Assembly: GCA_003221085.1 (NCBI GenBank)
Contig: QHUD01000204.1
Location: 768 to 35,925 of the forward strand
Length of the DNA stretch: 35,158 nt
DNA from: Gemmatimonadota bacterium
GTDB lineage: Bacteria > Gemmatimonadota > Gemmatimonadetes > Gemmatimonadales > GWC2-71-9
Direction of reading: 5' to 3'
Below, piece by piece: positions 17,048 to 26,227 of this stretch. The translations under genes and the position numbers were made by a program. The first letter of the stretch is position 1. Each line of letters begins with the position of its first letter. The notes under the pieces were generated by a model. The model made no database searches and was not told the DNA's origin. It saw only the letters and a program-made list of their open reading frames with translations.

Positions 17048-18253
17048 ATGCCGGTCTTCCAGTACACCGCCCGCACGCTCAAGGGCGATCTCGTCAACGA
17101 CAAGATCGACCTGCCGACCCGCGACGACGTCATCGCGCACCTGCGCAAGAACCGCATGGTGGTGGTGCAGGTCCGTGCGGCGCCCAAGGAGTTCAAGCTC
17201 AACCTCAAGTTCGGCGGCGGGGTCAAGACCCGCGACGTCGTCGTGTTCACCCGCCAGTTCGCCACCATGATCAACGCCGGCCTGCCGCTCGTCCAGGCCC
17301 TCGACATCCTGGCGCAGCAGACCGAAAACAAGATCCTGGCGGACACGACCCGCCAGGTCGTGTATGACGTCGAGAGCGGCCAGACGCTCGCCGACGCGCT
17401 GCGCAAGCACCCCAAAGCGTTCAGCGACCTGTACGTCAACATGGTCGCGGCGGGCGAAGCAGGCGGCATCCTGGACACCATCCTCGTCCGATTGGCGGAG
17501 TTCCTCGAGAAAAACGACGCGATCGTGCGCAAGGTGAAGGGCGCGATGATCTACCCGGGCGTCATCATGTCGGTGGCGGTCATCGCAATCTCCGTGCTGC
17601 TCATCTTCGTCATCCCGACCTTCCAGAACATGTTCGCGTCCGTGAACCTGCAGCTGCCGCTCCCGACCCGCGTCGTGATCGGCGCCAGCCACGTGCTCAC
17701 CCAGTACTGGTGGCTCATCCTCGGGGTCATCGGCGCGGGCGTCTTCGCGTTGACGCGCTACTACAAAACCGCCCCGGGGCGCCTCCAGATCGACACGCTG
17801 CTGCTGAAGATGCCCGTGCTGGGTGACGTGCTCCGCAAGGCGGCCGTGTCGCGATTCACGCGCACGCTCGGCACGCTCATCTCCTCCGGCGTCTCGATTC
17901 TCGACGGGCTCGAGATCACGGCGCGAACCGCCGGGAACATGGTGATTCACAACGCGGTGATGGAGTCGCGCGCCTCGATCGCCGGCGGCGAGACCATCGC
18001 CGCGCCGCTCGCCAAGTCGAAAGTGTTCCCGCCGATGGTGATCTCGATGATCTCCGTGGGCGAGCAGACCGGCGGCATGGACGAGATGCTCTCGAAAATC
18101 GCCGACTTCTACGATGACGAGGTGGATGCGGCCGTGAGCGCGCTGCTGTCGCTCATGGAGCCGGTCATGATCGTGGTGCTCGGTGTGATCGTGGGCGGCA
18201 TGGTCATTGCCATGTACCTGCCGATCTTCGACATGGTGAACGCGGTGCAGTAG
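17048..18253 (+). CDS. pilC: Type IV pilus inner-membrane platform protein PilC (GspF family)
   Basis: 401 aa with two GspF repeats (FTRQFATMINAGLPLVQALDIL and FTRTLGTLISSGVSILDGLEI), three TM segments, and a GGAGGGAG RBS upstream. Confidence 0.92.
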   Translation: MPVFQYTARTLKGDLVNDKIDLPTRDDVIAHLRKNRMVVVQVRAAPKEFKLNLKFGGGVKTRDVVVFTRQFATMINAGLPLVQALDILAQQTENKILADTTRQVVYDVESGQTLADALRKHPKAFSDLYVNMVAAGEAGGILDTILVRLAEFLEKNDAIVRKVKGAMIYPGVIMSVAVIAISVLLIFVIPTFQNMFASVNLQLPLPTRVVIGASHVLTQYWWLILGVIGAGVFALTRYYKTAPGRLQIDTLLLKMPVLGDVLRKAAVSRFTRTLGTLISSGVSILDGLEITARTAGNMVIHNAVMESRASIAGGETIAAPLAKSKVFPPMVISMISVGEQTGGMDEMLSKIADFYDDEVDAAVSALLSLMEPVMIVVLGVIVGGMVIAMYLPIFDMVNAVQ

Positions 18254-18261
18254 CGCCGTAG

Positions 18262-19449
18262 ATGATGGCCTCCGACGCCCCCGACGCCCCCAACCCCCGG
18301 GAGCCGAGGCCGGCACGTACGGGCACGTTGCGCCACGACACCGTCCCGATGCGCTTGTACCACGAAGCGAAACGACTCGGCGCCTGGGACCCGCGAAGCC
18401 TCGACCTGCGGCGGGACGTCGACGACTGGACGCGGTTCACCGTGGCCGAGCGCGATATGCTGCTCCGCCTCACCGTGCTGTTCCAGGCCGCGGAAGAGAG
18501 CATGACCCGCGATCTGCTGCCGCTCGTCATGGCCGTCGTGCGCGAAGACCATCTCGAGGAGCAGCTGTTCCTCACCACCTTCCTCGCCGACGAAGCGAAG
18601 CACACCGAGTTCTTCCGCCGCGTGCTGGACGAGATCTGCCGGCAGTCCGGGGACCTCCAGCGCTACCAGACGCCCAGCTTCCGGCGCCTCTTCGCCGAGC
18701 AGCTCCCCGACGCGATGCACCGGCTCCTGGCCGATCCGTCCCCCGCCGCCCAGGCCGAGGCGCTGGTGACTTATAGCCTAGTCGGCGAGGGCGTCCTGGG
18801 CGACGCGGGATACCACATCTTCTCGACCGCGCTCGCGCGCGGCGACTCGATGCCCGGGTTCCGCGAGGGTCTCAAGTACTCCCAGGCCGACGAGGATCGG
18901 CACATGGCCTATGGCCTGTTCCTCTTGTCCCGGCTCGTGGCCGAAGCCCCGGAGGTCTGGAGCGCGGTGAGCCGGCGCATGGAGGAGCTCTTGCCGCTCA
19001 CGCTCGGCATTGTGAGCGAGTTCTTCGAGGCCTATGAGCCCATGCCCTTCGGGCTCTCACTCGACGACACCGTTCAGGATGCGATCGCCCGGTTCGCCAA
19101 TCGGTGGGCGGCCCTGGAGGGAGCGCGCGAGCAAGGGCACGCGCTCGCGGGCGCCGTGGGCACCGAACGGACCATCCGCGACCTGCTCGGATGGGTCGGC
19201 GCAGAGCTGCAGCCGGCGCCGATCGAAGTGCGCCGGGAGGGCTCGAGTCCCGTCTACACGTTCCAGATCGGCCCGGCGGGCGCGGCGGCGCTGTTGATCA
19301 CGCAGGAGGTGCTCGCGCAGCATATGTCCACGGACGTGATCGCGGCGCTGCGCGCGCACCGCGTGCCAGAGCGCCTGCGGGCGGGCGGGCGGACACGGCT
19401 GACCTGCCTGAGCGCCCGCGGCAAGATCATCGTGCAGCCGCCGGAATGA
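18262..19449 (+). CDS. R2-like ligand-binding oxidase (ferritin-like diiron/Mn-Fe carboxylate protein, RNR-R2 superfamily) with an extra C-terminal region of about 100 aa
   Basis: 395 aa. Metal-ligand pattern: FQAAEES, LADEAKHTEFF (ExxH), SLVGEGVLGDAGYH and QADEDRHMAYG (ExxH). The gene starts 9 nt after the pilC stop. Confidence 0.65.
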   Translation: MMASDAPDAPNPREPRPARTGTLRHDTVPMRLYHEAKRLGAWDPRSLDLRRDVDDWTRFTVAERDMLLRLTVLFQAAEESMTRDLLPLVMAVVREDHLEEQLFLTTFLADEAKHTEFFRRVLDEICRQSGDLQRYQTPSFRRLFAEQLPDAMHRLLADPSPAAQAEALVTYSLVGEGVLGDAGYHIFSTALARGDSMPGFREGLKYSQADEDRHMAYGLFLLSRLVAEAPEVWSAVSRRMEELLPLTLGIVSEFFEAYEPMPFGLSLDDTVQDAIARFANRWAALEGAREQGHALAGAVGTERTIRDLLGWVGAELQPAPIEVRREGSSPVYTFQIGPAGAAALLITQEVLAQHMSTDVIAALRAHRVPERLRAGGRTRLTCLSARGKIIVQPPE

Positions 19450-19459
19450 CGCCGCCGGC

Positions 19460-20056
19460 CTAGGGACCGGACGCGGCGCCCCCGAGACCGGGCAGCTCGA
19501 GCCATTGCCGGGGGAAGCGCGGCAGGAACTTCACGTGGCGGTTCACCACCGCCTGCACCCGTCGCCACCAGCAAATGATCGGCTGGGCCGTTCGACCGAC
19601 GCTCACCACCGCGAACGGGATCGAGTCCGCCACCACCGTCCGCAGGTCCGGCTGGCTGAGGGAGCAGAGATCCTCCGGCGTCTTCAAGCCGAAACTCGAG
19701 TCCGGCCCGATCCAGGGGTGATTGTGCCACACAGCCAGCGTGGTGGCCGGCGGACACGGCAGCGGGATCACGGCGTCGACGCTCGAGTGCACGATGTCCG
19801 GCATCGCGAATTCCCGCACCAGCGCCGTATCTCCCGCTACCGTGCCCTGCAAGCACAGCACCACCTCCCGGTCGAGACCGGCCGCCAAGAGACTGAGGCG
19901 TCGGAGCAGGGACGGAGCGAGTACGAGGCGTTTCAGCGGTTGGGAGTTGAGGATCGCGGAGTCGGCCGGCGTCAATGCGGCCTGGCCTGGTGCCGGGCTC
20001 GCCACCGCGAGCCCTCCGACAGCCAGGTACACGAGGACTCGTAGCATCGGCTGCAT
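19460..20056 (-). CDS. Secreted hypothetical protein with a possible JAB/MPN-like metal motif
   Basis: The start is chosen at MQPMLRVLVYLAVGGLAVASPAPGQA (signal peptide). It contains WHNHPW...SLSQPD, which resembles the JAMM HxH...SxxD motif but with a long insert. It is convergent with the R2lox gene, with a 10-nt gap. Confidence 0.3.
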   Translation of the reverse strand: MQPMLRVLVYLAVGGLAVASPAPGQAALTPADSAILNSQPLKRLVLAPSLLRRLSLLAAGLDREVVLCLQGTVAGDTALVREFAMPDIVHSSVDAVIPLPCPPATTLAVWHNHPWIGPDSSFGLKTPEDLCSLSQPDLRTVVADSIPFAVVSVGRTAQPIICWWRRVQAVVNRHVKFLPRFPRQWLELPGLGGAASGP

Positions 20057-20263
20057 TCCGTAGGATAGCGCAGTGGGCGTTGGTGTGCCCGCTCTTGCAC
20101 TTTGCGACAGCGCTTCCAATACTGTACCTAAGGCGCCAGCCGCAGACCGTAAGGCACAAGTGGTCCAACAGCTTTAGCATCAATCGGTTACGCTCACCGA
20201 CGGGCACATGATCCTAGCGAGGGACGTGCTTACGGCTTACGACTTTCGAGTTGCGGCTGTCTC

Positions 20264-21925
20264 GTGACCTGGCTGAGGGGTGACCGGCGGGGGTCAGTCC
20301 TCCCGACTCCGCAGAGCCTGCTGCGGTCGGTGTACGCCGGGCGGATGTGCGTCGCCGGGGCGATCTACCTGACCGCGGCGCTCAAGTTCGCGGTCGTGGC
20401 GCCGCTCGACCTGCTCGTCACCTCGTTCGTGCTGGTCGCGGCGGTGGTGGTGACCATCGCCTCCTACTGGTACACCCACCTGTCGCGTCGCACGCCCGGC
20501 CGGACCTTCCTCTACGGGCAGGCGCTGTTCGACGTGGCGCTGATCACGACGGTCGTGCACATCACGGGTGGCCCGCAGAGCGACCTGACGCCCCTCTACG
20601 TCCCGCTGATCGCGGTGACGGCGGTGCTGATGCCGCCAGCGAGCACGGGGCTGATCACGGCGCTGGTGGGCATCGTCTACTTCGCCGACGTGTTCTTCGG
20701 GCACACCACGCCGATGTCGGCACAGGTGGGGTTGCAGCTGCTGGTGTTCGCTGCGGTAGCTGCCGTCACCGCCTACTTCGCGAGTCGGGTATCGGTGATG
20801 GGCGCGGAGCGGGAAGCGCTGGCGGGGGAGCTCCGGCAGGCGCGGCTGGAGGCGGCCGACGTGCTGCGGAGCGTCCCAACGGGGATCGTCACGGTGGACC
20901 AGGCGGGTCATCTGCTGTACTGCAATCCTGCGGCCGAGCAGATCCTCGGCTTCAAAGAACGCCAGTGGCGAGGGCGCCCGATCATGCCGGAGTTCGCGAA
21001 GATCGCTCCCGAGTTCTGGGCCGCGATCACCGCCACTGCGCGACGGGGCGTGCGGGCCATGCGGGTCGAGGCGACGGTACGGCGTTCCGATCGCACCTTC
21101 CCGATCGGCGTGACGACGACGACGCTGGACGTCGAGCCGGCGGGCGAGCCTCGGGTCACGGCGATCTTCACCGATATCTCGGACTCGAAGCGACTCGAGG
21201 AGCTCCATTTGCGCGCGGAGCGGCTCGAGGCCGTGGCGGAGCTGTCGTCGAGCCTGGCGCACGAGATCAAGAACCCGCTTGCGTCGATCCGCTCGTCGGT
21301 GGAGCAGCTGGGACGCGCGAAGCGCGTGAACGCCGACGAGAAGTTCTTGACGTCGCTGGTGGTGCGCGAGACCGACCGGCTGTCGCGTCTGCTCTCGGAG
21401 TTTCTCGATTTCTCCCGCGTGCGGGCCACGGAGTGCCGGCCGCTCGACCTCCACAGCGTGGCGGCCGCGGCGATCCGTCTCGTGCGCGAGCACCCGGACT
21501 GCCCCGAGGATGCTGTCATCGACCTGATGGGCGACGCCACGCCCATGGAGGGCGACGAGGACTTGTTGCATCGCGTGGTGTCGAACCTGGTGCTGAACGC
21601 CGTCCAGGCCACCGGGAAGGGCGCGCGCGTCGTGGTGCGGACTGGACGGCCCCAGCCCCACGACCTGCCCGGGGGGGCCGGCATCGAGAGCCCCGTATCC
21701 CTCGCCGTGAGCGACAATGGCCCGGGCATACCCGACAACCTGCGGGCCCGCCTGTTCGAGCCGTTCGTGACCGGTCGCGTGGGTGGCACCGGCCTCGGCC
21801 TCGCCATCGTACAGCGCGCCGTGGACGCGCACCGCGGGCTCGTGCTCGTGGACTCCCCGCCGGGGCAGGGCACGACGTTCACCGTCTACTTCCCCGCCGC
21901 GCGGCGGAAAGAGGAAGCGGCATGA
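20264..21925 (+). CDS. pilS: Membrane sensor histidine kinase (multi-TM N-terminus, PAS, HisKA, HATPase_c), PilS-like
   Basis: 553 aa with about 5-6 N-terminal TM helices and a PAS-like region (VPTGIVTVDQAGHLLYCNPAAEQILG). Kinase motifs: H-box (SLAHEIKNPLASIRSSVEQL), N-box (LVLNAVQAT), G1 (DNGPGIP) and G2 (GGTGLGLAIV). The stop overlaps the ATG of the NtrC-type regulator. Confidence 0.8.
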   Translation: MTWLRGDRRGSVLPTPQSLLRSVYAGRMCVAGAIYLTAALKFAVVAPLDLLVTSFVLVAAVVVTIASYWYTHLSRRTPGRTFLYGQALFDVALITTVVHITGGPQSDLTPLYVPLIAVTAVLMPPASTGLITALVGIVYFADVFFGHTTPMSAQVGLQLLVFAAVAAVTAYFASRVSVMGAEREALAGELRQARLEAADVLRSVPTGIVTVDQAGHLLYCNPAAEQILGFKERQWRGRPIMPEFAKIAPEFWAAITATARRGVRAMRVEATVRRSDRTFPIGVTTTTLDVEPAGEPRVTAIFTDISDSKRLEELHLRAERLEAVAELSSSLAHEIKNPLASIRSSVEQLGRAKRVNADEKFLTSLVVRETDRLSRLLSEFLDFSRVRATECRPLDLHSVAAAAIRLVREHPDCPEDAVIDLMGDATPMEGDEDLLHRVVSNLVLNAVQATGKGARVVVRTGRPQPHDLPGGAGIESPVSLAVSDNGPGIPDNLRARLFEPFVTGRVGGTGLGLAIVQRAVDAHRGLVLVDSPPGQGTTFTVYFPAARRKEEAA

Positions 21926-23298
21926 GCCAGCAGCCATCGATTCTGGTTGTCGACGACGAGATGGGGATCCTGGATGTGCTCCGGATCCTGTTGAAGGGGG
22001 AAGGCTTCGACGTCACGACCGCCCAGGGCGGGAAAGCCGGGCTCGAGGCGCTGAAGGGGAACCCGCCCGACATCGTGCTGACGGATATCAAGATGCCGGG
22101 CGTTTCGGGCACCGAGATCCTGGCTGCGGTGCGGGAGCAGGACCCCGAGACTCCCGTGATCCTCATGACGGCGCAGGCCTCGCTGCAGAGCGCGATCCAG
22201 GCGGTGAACCAGGGAGCGTTCTACTACATCCAGAAGCCGTTCTCGAACGACGACCTGGTCGCGATTTGCCGGCGCGCCGCGGAGCAGCGCCTCCTCAAGG
22301 CCGAGAACAAGCAGCTCAAGCAGGAGATCCGTCGGCGCGAGCGCTCCGGGCTCGTGAAGCCGCTGGGCAAGTCGCGTGCCTTCCAGGACGTGCTGAAGCT
22401 CGCCGAACAGGTGGCGCCCACCGAGAGCACGGTGCTCATCCAGGGAGAGTCGGGGACGGGGAAGGAAGTCATCGCGCGCTACATCCACGAGCTGTCAGCG
22501 CGCGCGGACGGTGGATTCTTTTCACTCAACTGTGGCGCGCTGCCGGAGAGCCTCCTCGAGTCGGAGCTGTTCGGCCACGTGAAGGGATCGTTCACGGGCG
22601 CGGTCCGGGACAAGCAGGGTCTGTTCGCGGCCGCCCGCGGGGGCACGTTCTTCCTGGACGAGATTGGTGAGATGTCGCCCGCGACCCAGGTGAAGCTGCT
22701 GCGGGTGCTGCAGGAGCGCGAGGCGATCCCCGTGGGCGGCACCGAGGCCATTCCGGTCGACGTTCGGGTCGTGGCCGCGACCAACCGTGACCTCGAGGAC
22801 GACATCAAGCGCGGTCGCTTCCGCACCGACCTGTACTACCGGCTGAATGTGATCGCCATCCATCTGCCGCCGCTGCGCGACCGGCGCGACGACATTCAGA
22901 TCCTGTGGGAGGAGTTCCTGAGTCGCATTGCCAGCGAGCGCGGCGAGCAGCCCAAGGCGCTCGCGCAGGAGGTGAAGGACGCCCTGCTCGCCTACGACTG
23001 GCCCGGCAACGTCCGCGAGCTCGAGAACGCCCTCGAGCGGGCGGTCGTGCTCAGCAAAGGGACGACGATCGATCTCGCGTCCCTGCCCGACAAGCTCACG
23101 GAGCGCCGCGCCGAGCCCCTCGTCGCCGAGCGGCCGCACGCGAACCCCACCCTCGACGTGATCGAGCGCGCCTACATCACCTGGGTGCTGCAGAGCGAGG
23201 GCGGCAACAAGACCCGCGCCGCCGAAGTGCTCGGCATCGATCCCTCTACGCTCTATCGCAAGCTGAGCCGTTACGAAGGCGATGTCCCCCCCGGGTGA
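21922..23298 (+). CDS. pilR: Sigma-54-dependent response regulator (REC, AAA+, Fis-HTH), PilR-like
   Basis: 458 aa starting MSQQPSILVVDDE. It has the receiver Asp (IVLTDIKMPG), Walker A (GESGTGKE), a GAFTGA-type loop (GSFTGA), the R-finger region and a C-terminal HTH (NKTRAAEVLGIDPSTLYRKL). Confidence 0.85.
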   Translation: MSQQPSILVVDDEMGILDVLRILLKGEGFDVTTAQGGKAGLEALKGNPPDIVLTDIKMPGVSGTEILAAVREQDPETPVILMTAQASLQSAIQAVNQGAFYYIQKPFSNDDLVAICRRAAEQRLLKAENKQLKQEIRRRERSGLVKPLGKSRAFQDVLKLAEQVAPTESTVLIQGESGTGKEVIARYIHELSARADGGFFSLNCGALPESLLESELFGHVKGSFTGAVRDKQGLFAAARGGTFFLDEIGEMSPATQVKLLRVLQEREAIPVGGTEAIPVDVRVVAATNRDLEDDIKRGRFRTDLYYRLNVIAIHLPPLRDRRDDIQILWEEFLSRIASERGEQPKALAQEVKDALLAYDWPGNVRELENALERAVVLSKGTTIDLASLPDKLTERRAEPLVAERPHANPTLDVIERAYITWVLQSEGGNKTRAAEVLGIDPSTLYRKLSRYEGDVPPG

Positions 23299-23998
23299 GG
23301 CGGCGGATCAAGTCGGGGCCGCGACCCTCGAGCGCATGGCGGCGGCCCCCCGCTACAATCGATGGATGTTCGACCGGCTGCGCCCTTGGGTGGGACGGCG
23401 GGTGCTCGAGATCGGGGCCGGGATCGGCAACATGTCCGCGTTCCTGGTCGATCGTGACCGCGTCGTGCTCACCGACACCGAGCCCTACTACCTCGGTCGG
23501 CTGCGCGAGCGGTTCGCGGGGCGGCCCCACGTCTCGGTTGCCGAGCTGCGGCTGCCCGCGGTGAGCCCGGGACTCGTCGCCGAGCGGCTCGACACCGTGG
23601 TCTGCCTGAACGTCCTGGAGCACATCGAGGACGATCGCGCGTCGCTGCGCGCCATGCACGACCTGCTCCAGCCCGGCGGCCGGCTCGCCCTCCTCGTGCC
23701 GTCGCTGCGCGCGCTATACGGCACCCTGGACGAGGCGCTGGGCCACTGCCGCCGCTACGTCCCCGACGAGCTGTCGGAGAAGCTCCGGGCCGCAGGCTTT
23801 CGCCTCCGGCATCTCGAGTATTTCAACCTCGCCGGCGTTCCGGGATGGTGGTTTGCGGGGCGCGTGCTGCGCCGCCGGCTCATTCCCTCGGGCGCGCTCC
23901 GGTGGTACGAAGCGCTGGTGCCGCTGTTCCGGCTGGAGCGGGTCCTTCCCTGGCGGATCGGCCAGTCGCTCATCGCCATCGGCGAGGTGCCGGCTTGA
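23282..23998 (+). CDS. Class I SAM-dependent methyltransferase
   Basis: 238 aa with motif I (VLEIGAGIGNMS), CLNVLEHIEDD and LLQPGGRLALLVP. ATG 23282 overlaps the pilR end by 17 nt; ATG 23336 is an alternative start. Confidence 0.75.
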   Translation: MSPPGEAADQVGAATLERMAAAPRYNRWMFDRLRPWVGRRVLEIGAGIGNMSAFLVDRDRVVLTDTEPYYLGRLRERFAGRPHVSVAELRLPAVSPGLVAERLDTVVCLNVLEHIEDDRASLRAMHDLLQPGGRLALLVPSLRALYGTLDEALGHCRRYVPDELSEKLRAAGFRLRHLEYFNLAGVPGWWFAGRVLRRRLIPSGALRWYEALVPLFRLERVLPWRIGQSLIAIGEVPA

Positions 23999-24720
23999 CG
24001 ACCGGAGACCTGCTGCTCTCGGTGGTCGTGCCCGCGTACAACGAGGCGACGACGATCGAAGCCGCCCTGCGGCAACTCGAGGGGGTCCCGCTGCGCCTCG
24101 AGGTGATCGCCGTGGACGACGCGTCGACCGACGGTACCGGCGCCATTCTCGACGGCCTGGCGGGCACGGGGCTCGTACACCAGGTGCTCCACCATCCGAC
24201 CAACCGCGGCAAAGGCGCGGCGCTCAAAACCGGGATCGCGGCGGCCACGGGCAGCGTGATCGTGGCGCAGGACGCCGATCTCGAGTACGATCCCGCCGAC
24301 CTCCCTCGCCTGCTCGCGCCCATCAAGGAAGGCCGGGCCGACGCGGTCTACGGCTCGCGCTTTCAGGGCGGCCCGCACCGCGTGCTGTTCTTCTGGCATG
24401 CGGTCGGCAACAATCTGCTCACGCTCGTCTCCAACATGTTCACGAATCTGAACCTGACGGACATGGAGACCTGCTACAAGCTGGTCAGGGCCGATCTCCT
24501 GAAACGGCTGCCGCTCACGTCGGAGCGGTTCGGGATCGAGGTGGAGCTCACGGCCCGGCTGGCGCAGGCGGGCGCGCGCGTCTGGGAGCTGCCCATCTCC
24601 TACAGCGGCCGGACCTACGCCGAAGGGAAGAAAATCACGTGGCGTGACGGGTTCGCGGCGTTCTTTCACATCCTCCGCTACAACCTGTTCCCGCCCCGCG
24701 GCAAATGGCGTGAGCGCTAG
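23995..24720 (+). CDS. GT2 family glycosyltransferase, polyprenol-phosphate-sugar-synthase-like (Dpm1/GtrB/ArnC-type)
   Basis: A TTG start overlaps the methyltransferase stop (TTGA). Motifs: LSVVVPAYNE, VIAVDDASTDGT, NRGKGAALKTG, AQDADLEYDP and GSRF. The product is 241 aa. Confidence 0.75.
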   Translation: MTTGDLLLSVVVPAYNEATTIEAALRQLEGVPLRLEVIAVDDASTDGTGAILDGLAGTGLVHQVLHHPTNRGKGAALKTGIAAATGSVIVAQDADLEYDPADLPRLLAPIKEGRADAVYGSRFQGGPHRVLFFWHAVGNNLLTLVSNMFTNLNLTDMETCYKLVRADLLKRLPLTSERFGIEVELTARLAQAGARVWELPISYSGRTYAEGKKITWRDGFAAFFHILRYNLFPPRGKWRER

Positions 24721-26227
24721 GCGCCTGTACGCCGCCGTCGCGCTCTGCGCCGTGGCCGTGCACGTCGGCGCGCTCTGGAATCACTTCGCGCTCGACGACA
24801 ACCAGATCGTCCAGTTCAACAAGCTGGTGCTCCAGTTCAGCGGCGTGTGGCGGGCGTTCGTGAGCCCCTACTGGCCCCCGGTCATCGGGGGCGGGATGTA
24901 TCGTCCCTTACCGCTCGCCTCGTACGCCCTCGACTGGCAGCTCGGGGGCGCGGCCTGGTGGTTTCACGCCGTGAACGTCGCCTGGCACGCCGGGGCGAGC
25001 GTGGCTGTCGCGTGGCTGGCGCGACAGTGGAGCGGCGAGCGGGCGGCGCTCGCCGCCGGGCTGCTGTTCGCGGTGCATCCGGTCCACGTCGAGGCCGTCG
25101 CCAACATCGTCGGCCGCGCCGAGCTGATGGCCTCGCTGTTCGCAATCCTTTGCGTCTACGCGGCGCTGGCGCACGATCGTCTGTGGTGGAGCGCCGCAGC
25201 GCTCACCGCCGGTCTCCTCAGTAAGGAGAATGCGGTCGTCGCGCCGGCGCTCATCGTCTGGGGGTGGATGATCGGGTTGGCCCCCCGCCCGTCCCGCGGA
25301 CGGATGGCCGCGTACGCCGGCGCATGGGTCGGCCTCGGCCTCGTGTACGTACTGGTCCGGTCGAGCGTCCTGGGCCACGAGCTGGTGGGCCGCCCGGCAC
25401 CCGTGTTCTTCGGCGCGTCTCCCGTCGCCGTCCGGTTGACGGCCGTGGCGGCGCTCGCGGATGTGGCGCGGCTCCTGGTCTTTCCGCTCACGTTGCGTGT
25501 CGATTATTCGCCCGCCGAGCGTACCCTCGTCACGACCCCGTTCGACTCCCGCTTCGCACTCGGGTTGCTGTGCGTCGTGGCCTGGGGTGCGCTCCTCTGG
25601 CTCGCCTGGCGGCGCGGGCGTCGGGTCGAGGCGTTCGGGCTGGGCTGGATTGGGATCGCCCTCTTTCCGGTGTCGAACCTCGTGGTCCCCGTGGGAGTCC
25701 TCCTGGCTGAGCGCGCGCTGTACATGCCGTCCGCCGGAGTCGCGTTGGCGGCCGGGACATGGCTCAAGGACCTCGAGACGCGCCGGCTGGCGCTGGTTCT
25801 CAGCGTGCTCGTCGTGGCCGGGGGCATCCGGAGCGCTCTCCGCGTGCCGGTGTGGCGGGACACCCAGGCGGTGATCGGCAGCGAGCTAGAAGACTCCCCC
25901 AACTCGTTCGCCGGTCCCGCCCACATGGTCGTGATGTATCTGACCGGGCATCAGCCGGCCAAGGCCCTCGAGGCATATCGCCGAGCCACCGAGCTCTATG
26001 ACGTGACGCTGCCGTGGCTGCAGATCCAGGGCGCTGAAGCGGCGTTCGCCACCGGGCGGCACGCCCTGGCGGACTCGCTGCTCGATCGAGTCGAGAGGGT
26101 CTGCCGGCCATGTGATTTCTACTACCGATACGAGTCCTCGGTCGCCCGCGCCCGCGGCTACCCCGCCGCCGCCGACTCGTTTGCCGCCCGCGTCGGACGG
26201 GCGCCGGGCCCCGTCCATGAGCCCTAG
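24710..26227 (+). CDS. TMTC/DUF1736-like GT-C fold membrane glycosyltransferase, paralog 1
   Basis: A GTG start overlaps the GT2 gene by 11 nt. The product has about 10 or more TM segments. The first loop carries ALWNHFALDDNQIV (acidic DD motif). FAVHPVHVEAVANIVGRAELMA matches my recollection of the DUF1736 signature. The C-terminal soluble part is TPR-like (AKALEAYRRATELYD). Confidence 0.6.
   Translation: MSARRLYAAVALCAVAVHVGALWNHFALDDNQIVQFNKLVLQFSGVWRAFVSPYWPPVIGGGMYRPLPLASYALDWQLGGAAWWFHAVNVAWHAGASVAVAWLARQWSGERAALAAGLLFAVHPVHVEAVANIVGRAELMASLFAILCVYAALAHDRLWWSAAALTAGLLSKENAVVAPALIVWGWMIGLAPRPSRGRMAAYAGAWVGLGLVYVLVRSSVLGHELVGRPAPVFFGASPVAVRLTAVAALADVARLLVFPLTLRVDYSPAERTLVTTPFDSRFALGLLCVVAWGALLWLAWRRGRRVEAFGLGWIGIALFPVSNLVVPVGVLLAERALYMPSAGVALAAGTWLKDLETRRLALVLSVLVVAGGIRSALRVPVWRDTQAVIGSELEDSPNSFAGPAHMVVMYLTGHQPAKALEAYRRATELYDVTLPWLQIQGAEAAFATGRHALADSLLDRVERVCRPCDFYYRYESSVARARGYPAAADSFAARVGRAPGPVHEP

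Noticed and set aside
20057-20263. Lower-GC intergenic region between the JAB-like gene and the kinase, considered as a possible small RNA or sigma-54 promoter
   Set aside because: There is no stable hairpin, no cloverleaf and no correctly spaced -24/-12 match (the spacing in TGGTGTGCCCGCTCTTGCA is wrong). It is most simply a divergent promoter region.
20347-23298. 983-aa ORF covering the kinase and the regulator
   Set aside because: The part upstream of 21922 is an alternative frame of the kinase gene with Arg/Gly/Pro-rich composition and no motifs. The regulator starts at MSQQPSILVVDDE.
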